Shown here piece after piece: positions 32,568 through 40,544 of a stretch of 64,000 nucleotides of DNA. Within the stretch, counting starts at the first letter, position 1; every line of letters begins with the position of its first letter. The position numbers were made by a program, and so were the translations under genes. A model generated the notes under the pieces. It searched no databases. It was given only the letters and a program-made list of their open reading frames with translations, and was not told the origin of the DNA. Origin of the DNA: an uncultured delta proteobacterium (GTDB taxonomy: Bacteria > Myxococcota_A > UBA9160 > SMWR01); the NCBI GenBank assembly GCA_963832165.1, contig CAWHTE010000011.1, positions 64,001 to 128,000 on the forward strand, read 5' to 3'.

Positions 32568-32690
32568 CAAGCGCTTGAAGCTGCCGAGCCCTGCGAAGCG
32601 TATCGAGGCTCGATACTGTCTGGCGTCGGCGCTCGGGGCGGTTCCACTGGCGGTCAGCGGGCTCGCAGCTTAAGCGCCGATCCGTTAGAT
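32562..32690 (+). other. attC recombination site
   Basis: R'' GGCTAAC; arms GCTTgAAGCTGCcGAGCCC / GGGCTCGCAGCTTAAGC with two unpaired bases; R' GTTAGAT. Confidence 0.9.
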
Positions 32691-32703
32691 CCTCTCTGCG
32701 CTG

Positions 32704-33690
32704 TCAAGCGCTCATCGCGCAGAATTTCTCGCCGTCGAAGTTGCTATTGCTCGCCCACATTCCGTGGATGCTATGCAGGAGCTTTCGCTCTACGGCGACC
32801 AGGGCTTGGATGGGCTTGAGTCCTCCTGCGAGGCGCTTCTGATAGAAGGTCCTCACACTGGGCTCCTCACGGGCTGCGACCATCGCCGGCATGTAGAGCG
32901 CCGCTCGCAGGTGACTGTTTCCCTTCTTGCTGATCCGGGCGGGCTTGTGCAGCGAGGTTCCCGAGTCGTGCGCACGCGGGTCGAGTCCCGCGTGAGCGAC
33001 CCACTGACGAGGGGTCATGTCGGCGGGCAGCACGGCGAGCTCGGCGAGAATGCGCAGTGCGCTGGTGGTCGCGATGCCGCGGACCGAAATGAGCCGCTCG
33101 AAGCGTTGCGCGAGCTCGGGGTGCGCTTGCACGAGCTCGAGCGCCTGCTGCTGCAAACGCTCCAGGCTCTGCGCGAGATGCTCGAGGTGCGCTTCGATGT
33201 CCCAGGCGATCGCTTCGGTGAGCTCCGCACAGCGGCCCGCCGCATGAAGTCGATTGCGCTCCTGGGTTCGCGTGACGGTGAGGGCGCCGATCCGACGGAC
33301 GATCGCCCGTAGATCGAGGATCTCGGGCGCGGGCGGCTGCCACGATGCGAAAGGCATTCGCTGCGCAAACTCCAGCAGCACCCCTGCGTCCACGCGATCC
33401 GTCTTCGAGCGCTGCAGCAGCGCGCGTCCGAAGTCCCGCGCCGCCGAGGGGTTCACCACCATCACGTCGATCGCTCGCGCTCGATGCAGCGCTAATGCCA
33501 AGTCGAGGTGGTAGATGCCCGTCGCCTCCAGGCACACGCGCGCGGCCTTTCCGCGGCGGGTCAGCAACCGAATCAGTCGCTCGTGGCCCTCGATATCGTT
33601 GGCCAGTGTGACCCGCTCGGCACGCCCCTCGATCGCCACCGTGATCTCGTCCGCGCTGACATCGACTCCCACATAGCAGGCTCCACGCAT
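32704..33690 (-). CDS. IS110 DEDD recombinase/transposase, apparently intact
   Basis: 'VGVDVS', 'CLEATG', 'KTDRVDA', 'AGLDP...SGTS', 'ISKKGN..LR.ALY'. Confidence 0.96.
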   Translation of the reverse strand: MRGACYVGVDVSADEITVAIEGRAERVTLANDIEGHERLIRLLTRRGKAARVCLEATGIYHLDLALALHRARAIDVMVVNPSAARDFGRALLQRSKTDRVDAGVLLEFAQRMPFASWQPPAPEILDLRAIVRRIGALTVTRTQERNRLHAAGRCAELTEAIAWDIEAHLEHLAQSLERLQQQALELVQAHPELAQRFERLISVRGIATTSALRILAELAVLPADMTPRQWVAHAGLDPRAHDSGTSLHKPARISKKGNSHLRAALYMPAMVAAREEPSVRTFYQKRLAGGLKPIQALVAVERKLLHSIHGMWASNSNFDGEKFCAMSA

Positions 33691-33699
33691 GCGTCCCCC

Positions 33700-33895
33700 C
33701 GTGTTACGCTGCTTCCGGGTTCCCCGACCCTGTACCGTCGCCTACCGACCTTGTGGATGCAGGCTCTCGGGCCTCGGATCCTCCACGGCATGGGCGAAGA
33801 GGGCGGGGGACCCATCTAACGGACAAGCTCGTGGCTTCAGGCAGCAACGGTCTCCCCGGAAGCGTGATCATGCTAGGTCGGATCGTCGGCACGGC
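33700..33895 (-). ncRNA. Predicted IS110 bridge RNA (ends approximate)
   Basis: Guide-like segments matching target and donor in LTG-RTG-LDG-RDG order upstream of the recombinase. Confidence 0.75.
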
Positions 33896-33917
33896 CACGG
33901 GGTAGATACAAGGCGTC

Positions 33918-34296
33918 ATGAGCAGGATCGCCGCAACCGCCGTTCTGTGCGCCTGCTGCCGTCATCGCCATTCAGGCGTGTACACAGGTCGCTGGGACGC
34001 GCGCGTATTCGCTCGATTCCCTGCAAGGCGGTTGGTGGTCAGACTGCAATGATCCCGCCGTCGAGTTTCTAATTCGTGGCACCGAGTACTCAGGCGACTT
34101 CGACGGTGCATACGAGCTCACACTTACCGGTGATGTCCTCGTGTTCACGGATGGGCTCGTCGATGGACACAGCACCAATGTCACCCACAAGCCGCTGTCA
34201 TTTCAGATTCTGACTCTGACGGACGAGCGGCTTGTATTGCGCCCATCGCCTGGCAACCCTCATGTCGGCGACTGGGATCTACTATCCTGCAAGTGA
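33918..34296 (+). CDS. Gene cassette 2: putative lipoprotein, +1 frameshift near 33950
   Basis: MSRIAATAVLCA continues as AAVIAIQACTQ...LQGGWWSDC...DWDLLSCK* in next frame; lower GC. Confidence 0.6.
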
Positions 34297-34349
34297 ACTC
34301 CGCGAGATGAATGGCAGCGCGGACATTAGGCCGACGCGCGAGGGGCGGC

Positions 34350-35085
34350 ATGTTGCCCGAGAGCAGGAACATCGCCGACGCCTACTGGGCTGCAGACCTT
34401 GGTTGTGAAGCGGAGGCGCTCAGGCCGACGGAGCCGCGTGTGCAGCCCGTCAGCGGCAGGCACGCGGACTACAACGGCGCATTCATCCTGGTGCTCGATG
34501 GAGCGCCCGTCGTGTCCGTTCCGCCGTCGCTCCTTGCCGTCGTCTCTCCAAGGTCCGCCGAGTTCCGTGCGGATGTGGTTGCGGACCCGAAGCGGCTTCA
34601 CCCGCTCCTTCCTGGGTCGGACCCGACGCGCATGATTGGACCGGCCCACCTCTATTACGCCGATCGAGACCTGCTTCCGATCCACGTCGGCCCTGCCAGC
34701 GCGCCCGCTGAAACCCCTCGACGAAGCGGCCTTTCGGAGGCTCGAGGCCGCGTGCACACCTGGCGACTGGGAGCCGAAGGGATTCGACTTGGAGCCCGAC
34801 CGCACCCACGGCGCGTTCGACCCTGTTGGAGAGCTGCTTGCTGTCGCGAACTTCCGGGTCTGGGGCGAGCGCATCGCGCATCTCAGCGTCGTCGCCCGTC
34901 CGGATGCGCGCGGCAAGGGTCACGGCACGAGCGCGGTCGCTTCCGTCGCGCTCCATGCGCTGCAGTCCGGGTACCTCCTGCAGTACCGGGTTCTGGCTTC
35001 GAACGCGCCATCCATACGGATCGCGCAGAAGCTTGGCTTCCACTACTACGGTTGGTCCATGGCGGCGAGATTTGGCTCGGCTTAA
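34350..35085 (+). CDS. Cassette-derived GNAT acetyltransferase, +1 frameshift near 34668
   Basis: 'VVARPDARGKGHG', 'NAPSIRIAQKLGF'; stop lies in R''-like GCTTAAC. Confidence 0.75.
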
Positions 35086-35093
35086 CAAGGGCG

Positions 35094-35600
35094 CTGACGC
35101 TCGTCCGCAGACTCGCTCGGCATGAGTGGCGCGAGTATCGCGAGCTTCGCCTGCGCGCTCTCGCCGACTCACCTTCTGCCTTCGCGACGACGCTCGCTGA
35201 CGCTCGGGCTCGCGGGGACGAAGACTGGTCCCGTCAAGTGGCCTTGGGAGCGGAGTCTCCATCCGAGATCGCGCTCGTCGCGGAGATGCACTCGCAGCTG
35301 GTCGGTCTCGTGTGGAGCCGGATCGACGATTCGGATCCCCACCGTGCTCATCTCTATCAGATGTGGGTCGACCCGGACTTCCGCGGCCTTGGAGCGGGAC
35401 GGGAGCTGCTGGCCTCCGCAATCCGCTGGGTCGCGAGCGTCAACGCCCGTGTCATCGTCCTGTCGGTCACCTGTGGCGACACTCCGGCGACGCGCTTGTA
35501 CGGGAACGCGGGCTTCGAGCCCGTCGGGCATCCCGAGCCCCTTAGGCCTGGATCAGACATACTGGCACAGCCCATGCAGCTCGAGTTGCGTGGTGCCTAA
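35094..35600 (+). CDS. Cassette-derived GNAT acetyltransferase lacking a canonical start codon
   Basis: 'YRELRLRALADSPSAF', 'MWVDPDFRGLGAG', 'ATRLY..AGF'; stop lies in GCCTAAC. Confidence 0.75.
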   Translation: MTLVRRLARHEWREYRELRLRALADSPSAFATTLADARARGDEDWSRQVALGAESPSEIALVAEMHSQLVGLVWSRIDDSDPHRAHLYQMWVDPDFRGLGAGRELLASAIRWVASVNARVIVLSVTCGDTPATRLYGNAGFEPVGHPEPLRPGSDILAQPMQLELRGA

Positions 35601-35714
35601 CAAGGCGCGGTTGCACCACTTGCGGCCGCGGTTGGTGACTCCCTTCCTTAGTCGCCACCCCGTTGACTTTCTCCGCGTGATGTGGCGAGATCCCTGCGGG
35701 GGGAATCGCATCGC

Positions 35715-36941
35715 GTGAGCGAGCCCGCTCGACCCGAAAAAAGCCTCGAGCGCGAGATCCGAGCGTTTCACTGGATCCGCCTGCTCGCGGAGCTCTCGGG
35801 CCGCTTCGCGGGCACCGATCAGGAGGGCGAGGCGGCGCGGCGCATCGAGTCGTGGCTGCGCGAGCTCGGCTTCGACGAGATCGGGTTCGCTTCGGTGCCG
35901 TCGCGGCCGCGCGCGGGTTGGGTGTGGGCCGCGCACTTCGTGCTGGGCGCGCTCGGCTGTGCGCTCGGCGGCCCTGCGGGACTGATCCTGGCGGGAGCTG
36001 CGATGCTCTCGTTCCGGCGCGAGGTCACGGGCGGGGCACCGCTGCTCTCGCGCTTGTTCCCCGCACGCGATTCGCAGAACATCGTCGCGCGCGTCGGATC
36101 GCTGCGGCCGCGCCGGCGCGTCGTGATCACGGCGCCGCTCGACGCCGCGCCCGCGAGCGGGCTGTTCGCGGGCCGGATCGCGGCGCGCAGCGCCGCTCCG
36201 CGTGCGGGCGATCGGCCGCCGCGCGGCCTAGCCGCGCTTCCCGTGTTGCTCTTCGACGCGGCGGCGATCGTCTGCGCGGCCGCTGCGCTGGGTGCGGACG
36301 GCACCGTGGTGCTGGCTGCACGCGCGGTGACGGGCGCAGCGCTCGCATTCGGCGCGCTCGCGGCGCTGCGCTGGGCGAGTGTCGCCGCGTCAGCGGGAGC
36401 GAACGACGCGTCGGGCGTGGCCGCGATGCTGTCGGCCGCCGAGCAGCTCGCGGCGCAGCTCCCTCCCGACGTCGAGCTCTGGTGCGCTGCGACCGGCGCC
36501 GAACACACGGGCTCGCGCGGCGTACACGCGCTGCTCGAGGCGCACCCCGAGTGGCACGACGGCAATACGGCGTTCGCGCACTTCGCGTGGGTCGGCGGCG
36601 GCGTGCTGCACTATGCGTGCAGCGAGGGTGAGCTCAAGCGCGCGCACTATCCGACCTCGCTGCTCGAGCTCGCGCGGCGGATCGCCGCGAGCGGCAGCTA
36701 CGGCGTCGTGTCTCCGGCCGACCTCGCCTTCCATACCGCGGGGGGGCTCACCGCGAAGCGCAGTCCACACGTGCTCTCGCTGGTCGCGCTCGAGCCGAAC
36801 GGCCTGCCGCGCGGCTTCCGCACGCGCGGCGGCGAGCCCGAGCAGATCGACACCGAGCTCGTGGTGCGCGCTGCCGACTTCGGCAGCTGCGTGCTGTCGG
36901 CCTGGCTGCGCGGGGACGCGGAGCCGCTCTCGTACGTGTAG
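35715..36941 (+). CDS. Membrane M28-peptidase-like protein with degenerate active site
   Basis: 'SQNIVAR', 'GANDASGVAAML', 'TGAEH'. Confidence 0.7.
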   Translation: MSEPARPEKSLEREIRAFHWIRLLAELSGRFAGTDQEGEAARRIESWLRELGFDEIGFASVPSRPRAGWVWAAHFVLGALGCALGGPAGLILAGAAMLSFRREVTGGAPLLSRLFPARDSQNIVARVGSLRPRRRVVITAPLDAAPASGLFAGRIAARSAAPRAGDRPPRGLAALPVLLFDAAAIVCAAAALGADGTVVLAARAVTGAALAFGALAALRWASVAASAGANDASGVAAMLSAAEQLAAQLPPDVELWCAATGAEHTGSRGVHALLEAHPEWHDGNTAFAHFAWVGGGVLHYACSEGELKRAHYPTSLLELARRIAASGSYGVVSPADLAFHTAGGLTAKRSPHVLSLVALEPNGLPRGFRTRGGEPEQIDTELVVRAADFGSCVLSAWLRGDAEPLSYV

Positions 36942-36948
36942 GCGATGT

Positions 36949-36982
36949 GGCGGATTACGCCCTTCGGGCTAATCCGCCCTAC
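36949..36982 (-). repeat. GTAG-type REP element
   Basis: GGCGGATTACGCCCTTCGGGCTAATCCGCCCTAC, near-identical to the 5212-5288 copies. Confidence 0.85.
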
Positions 36983-37545
36983 AGCCGGATGCGCGGGCGC
37001 GCGCGGCGCCCGTTGGCGCTCTGCACGATCGCGCCCATGAGCATCCCCGCCGCGAGCACGCTCGCACCCGTGATCCACTCGGGCCAACGCGCTCCCGCGC
37101 GAAGCTCGAGATTCTCGCGCGTGAGCGAATCGAGCTCTTCCTTCTGAGCGGCGTCGGCCTCGCTGAGCTTCGTGTTCTCGGTCTCGAGCTGCTTCACGCG
37201 CTCGGTGAGCGTTCCGAATTGCCCGCGGGCCTCGGCGGTCTCCGTTCGCATGCGATCGATTCTCATCGCCGCGGGGGGCTCCGCGGCGAGGAAGCCGTCC
37301 TCGATCCAGCCGTCGCCGAGCTCGGACGACGTGCGCACCTGCACCCAACCCTCGCGGCGCGCGACGATCCCCACGGAATCGCCGGTCTTGATGAACCCCT
37401 TGATCCGGAACTCGTTCCCGGGACCCGAGCGCACGTTGAGGCGCAGCTCGTCCTTGACCCAGGCCGTCTCCGCGTCTGCGGCGAGCGCCGCGAACGCCAG
37501 GATCGCCGTGCCGGCCCACCGCGCCGTACGGGCGAAGCGCATCAT
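36979..37545 (-). CDS. SH3-domain, coiled-coil and membrane-anchor protein (YgiM-like)
   Basis: 'WVKDELRLNVRSGPG', 'GWVQVR', 'GWI'; C-terminal TM. Confidence 0.82.
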   Translation of the reverse strand: MMRFARTARWAGTAILAFAALAADAETAWVKDELRLNVRSGPGNEFRIKGFIKTGDSVGIVARREGWVQVRTSSELGDGWIEDGFLAAEPPAAMRIDRMRTETAEARGQFGTLTERVKQLETENTKLSEADAAQKEELDSLTRENLELRAGARWPEWITGASVLAAGMLMGAIVQSANGRRARPRIRL

Positions 37546-37787
37546 GCCTCGAACCCCCTTGCGTTCGAGGTTTTAACCTCTTCTCGGGCCGATTTCCACC
37601 GCCCGCTCGACAGGTTGCATCGGGGTTGCTGGGGGCGCTTCCGGGGGGGCAACCTAGACTGTCCCCGGGTTCCCGCCGCTCGTCGTGAACCCGGAATACG
37701 GCTCCAGCCGCCGGAGGCCGATCACGTGTCCACGAGTCTGTTCAGCGCTGCGGCGCCCGCCACCGCGAGCGCGCAGAGCTCCAGGAA

Positions 37788-38408
37788 GTGCACCACCGCG
37801 TCGGGGACAACCTCAGCGTGATCTCGAGCCTGATCGACATGCAGACGCTCCAGGTGCGAGACGCCGCGGGCAGGCGCGAGCTCGAGGAATGCCACAGCCG
37901 GATCGTCGCGATCGCGCAGATCCACGAGCACATCTACCGCGCGAAGGACTACTCGCACGTGCCGTTCTCGGACTATGCGCGCAGCCTCGCGAGCGACCTG
38001 CTCAAGACGATCCCGGGCGCGCGTGCGCGCGTGGCGCTCGAATTCGAGCTCGAAGACGTCGCGCTGCCGATCGCCGTGGCGATCCCGTGCGGTCTGGTGC
38101 TGAACGAGCTGATCACGAACGCGTTCGAGCACGCGTTTCCGCCGCCGCGGAACGGCACCGTCCGCATCGAGCTCGCGTGGCTCGAGGGCGCGCGGCTGCG
38201 GCTCGCCGTGTCCGACGACGGGGTCGGCCTGCCGGAGGGATTCGACCTCCAACGCTCCGGCTCGCTCGGAATGCAGCTCGTCGTCGCGCTCGCGAAGCAG
38301 CTCGACGCGGTGATCGGCGCGGAGGCCGGACGCGGCGCTTCGTTCGCGATGACGCTCGCCGTCCGCAGGCGCTCCGCGGCGCCGCGATCGGAATGGCTCC
38401 CCGGGTAG
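37788..38408 (+). CDS. Sensorless HisKA_2-type histidine kinase (possibly truncated)
   Basis: 'EVHHRVGDNL', 'GLVLNELITNA', 'DDGVGLP', 'SLGMQLV'; no sensor domain. Confidence 0.75.
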   Translation: MHHRVGDNLSVISSLIDMQTLQVRDAAGRRELEECHSRIVAIAQIHEHIYRAKDYSHVPFSDYARSLASDLLKTIPGARARVALEFELEDVALPIAVAIPCGLVLNELITNAFEHAFPPPRNGTVRIELAWLEGARLRLAVSDDGVGLPEGFDLQRSGSLGMQLVVALAKQLDAVIGAEAGRGASFAMTLAVRRRSAAPRSEWLPG

Positions 38409-38469
38409 GACTTGAACCTACGACCCAGCGGTTAACAGCCGCTTGCTCTGCCAACTGAGCTACCGGGGA
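38394..38469 (-). tRNA. tRNA-Asn(GTT)
   Basis: 76-nt cloverleaf, anticodon GTT, TTC loop, CCA end. Confidence 0.96.
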
Positions 38470-39815
38470 TCGCCCTCGGGCTGCGGGAGTCTAGAGGCTG
38501 GAGGCTGGATTTCAACGAAGCCCGAGCCGGTCTTCGGCACCGCGATCACGATCGGCCGCGAGGTAGGGGCCTTGCGCCCGTCGCTGCGTTCGAGCTGGAT
38601 CCGGTAGCGGTAGGTCTGGCCCGGCATCACGTCCTCGTCGCGCAGCTCCGCAGTCTCGCTCGTGAACGTGCGCTCCTCGTAGAGCCCCCTCGTGCGCGTG
38701 ATGAGCGCGCGCACGAAGCCCTCGTTGGGACGCGCGTTCCAGGTGAGTCGCACCTCGTTCGGGCTCGCAGAGGCCCGCCATTCGTAGCCGAGGCCGGTCG
38801 CGTTCACGGGCGTCGAGGGCCGACTCTCGAGCCCGTCGCGGTCTACCGCGACCAGCGTGTACTGATAGGTGGCCTCGGCTCCCGCGCGGATGTCCTCGGC
38901 GCTCGTCTTGCTTGCGCCCACGTAGGTGACCGTCTGGGCGGGTTTCCCCTTTCGCCAGCGGAGCAGCCGGTAGCCGAGCAGATCGGTCTCGACGTTCGGC
39001 TCCCACGCGAGCGCGATCGCGCCGAGGCGGCGTCCATCGACGTGCAGCGAGATCGGCGGCAGCGGAGCGGGCTTCGTCACCGCGCGCAGCACTGCGCTCG
39101 GGGCGCCGCGCTCGCCGGCGAGATTGCGGCACGACACGCGGTAGTGTAGAACGCGCAGGTTGCCGAGACCCGTGTCGAGCAGGTGCGTGGTTTGACGGCC
39201 GTCGAGCTCGGCCACCACCTCGAACGGTCCGCCCGGATTGGGGCTGCGCTCGACGATGTAGCCCGACACGGTCGGATCGCTCGAGGGGCTCCACGTGAGC
39301 GGAATCGACCGCGGTTGGTGACTCCACGCGCGCAATCCCTCGGGAGGCGCCGGCAGCGGCGCGCTCGTCGCGGTCACGACCGGCGAGGCGGTCGACGACA
39401 CGTGCCCGTCGTGCGCGAACGCGCGCAGGCGGTAGAAGCGCGTGGCGCCGTCGCCGAGCGGCTCGTTGGGCTCACCGCGATCGACCCACGCGAGCATGCC
39501 GCGGTCGCGCAGCGCCACGCGCGCGCGGAACGGTCCCGACGCGGAGGCGCTGCTCTCGACGACGTAGCCCGCAACGCCCGGGATCAGCACGGGATCCCAG
39601 CGCAGCGGGATCTCGCGGTACTGCCCGTCCGCCGCGCGGACCGCCTCGGGAGCGGGCAGATCGGCGGGCGGGTCGTAGACGAGCGCGGGTTCGGGCGCGG
39701 CGACCGGCGCACGCGCGGCGACCCAGGGCAGCGACGCGTTCGCGCACGCGCTGGCGGCGCCCGCGGCGACGACGGCGAGCGCGTAGAGCGGGATCCGGCG
39801 CCAGCGAGAGTTCAT
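38460..39815 (-). CDS. Fibronectin type III repeat lipoprotein
   Basis: Lipobox ASAC; repeated 'L.W.P....GY.v.R' and 'Y.Y.l.A.D..G.ES' FN3 patterns. Confidence 0.82.
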   Translation of the reverse strand: MNSRWRRIPLYALAVVAAGAASACANASLPWVAARAPVAAPEPALVYDPPADLPAPEAVRAADGQYREIPLRWDPVLIPGVAGYVVESSASASGPFRARVALRDRGMLAWVDRGEPNEPLGDGATRFYRLRAFAHDGHVSSTASPVVTATSAPLPAPPEGLRAWSHQPRSIPLTWSPSSDPTVSGYIVERSPNPGGPFEVVAELDGRQTTHLLDTGLGNLRVLHYRVSCRNLAGERGAPSAVLRAVTKPAPLPPISLHVDGRRLGAIALAWEPNVETDLLGYRLLRWRKGKPAQTVTYVGASKTSAEDIRAGAEATYQYTLVAVDRDGLESRPSTPVNATGLGYEWRASASPNEVRLTWNARPNEGFVRALITRTRGLYEERTFTSETAELRDEDVMPGQTYRYRIQLERSDGRKAPTSRPIVIAVPKTGSGFVEIQPPASRLPQPEGDPR

Positions 39816-40505
39816 GCCCCGCCGTCGCGCTCGGCGCGCAGCTGCTCGAGCGTTTCGAGCTGTCGTTCGGCGCGCGCGATGTACGCCTGGATCCGCTCGT
39901 TCTCGGGATCGATCAGGAGCGCGCGCCGCCACAGGTCGAGCGCCGTCTCGAGCTGTTCGTCGCCGAATGCGGCGCGACCCGCTTCCACGAGCGATTCGAC
40001 CTGTGCCACGCGCGCCGCACGCGCTCGCTCGCGCCGCTCGCGCCGCTCGCTCCTCGATCACCGCGCGCAGCCTCAGCTCTTCGCTCTGGTACGCGGGCTC
40101 GAAGGGGTCGAGCCGGCGCAGCTTCTCGAGCGCGGGCTCGGCCGAGGCGAGATCGCCGCGCGTGCGTACCTCGCGATACTCGTCGAGCAGCGCGTTGCGC
40201 TGGGCCACGACCTCGCGCGCGAGCCGCTGCACGTGGGCGAGGTTCGCCTCGTCGTCGGGTTGTAACTCGAGCGCGAGGCGATAGTCGATCAGCGCCTCCG
40301 CGAGTCGCCCTTCGCTCTCGAGCATGCGCGCGTTCGAGATGTAGCGCCCGACGCGTCCGGCCAGCTCCGCCTCCACCTCGCGGATCCGCGGCGCGAGCCC
40401 GTCCGGGTCGACCGCGCGCCAGCTCTCGATCGCGCCGTGCAGATCTCCGGCGCTGTAGAGCAATTCGCCTTGCTCGCCCGAGGTGGCGCATCCGAGTCCG
40501 AGCAC
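39812..40505 (-). CDS. TPR lipoprotein, +1 frameshift near 40050 (start uncertain)
   Basis: 'LGLGC'; 'EALIDYRLALELQPDD' and 'ALDLWRRALLIDPEN' in adjacent frames. Confidence 0.72.
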
Positions 40506-40544
40506 GCCACATCCGAGCCATCGCGGCCACCGTGCGAGCGGCCC

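Larger units (their letters stand above)
32689..33912 (-). mobile_element. IS110-family (IS621-like) insertion sequence in the attC R' core
   Basis: AG core on both sides (32687-88, 33911-12); removal restores GTTAGGC-GTC-ATG; no terminal inverted repeats. Confidence 0.9.

Noticed and set aside
32689..33908. TAGAT at both IS ends as target-site duplication
   Set aside because: The AG (CT) core model restores canonical GTTAGGC-GTCATG and fits the donor guides and junction promoter better; IS110 elements do not make TSDs
34311..35600. Single 429-aa GNAT fusion
   Set aside because: Frameshift artefact joining two cassette genes
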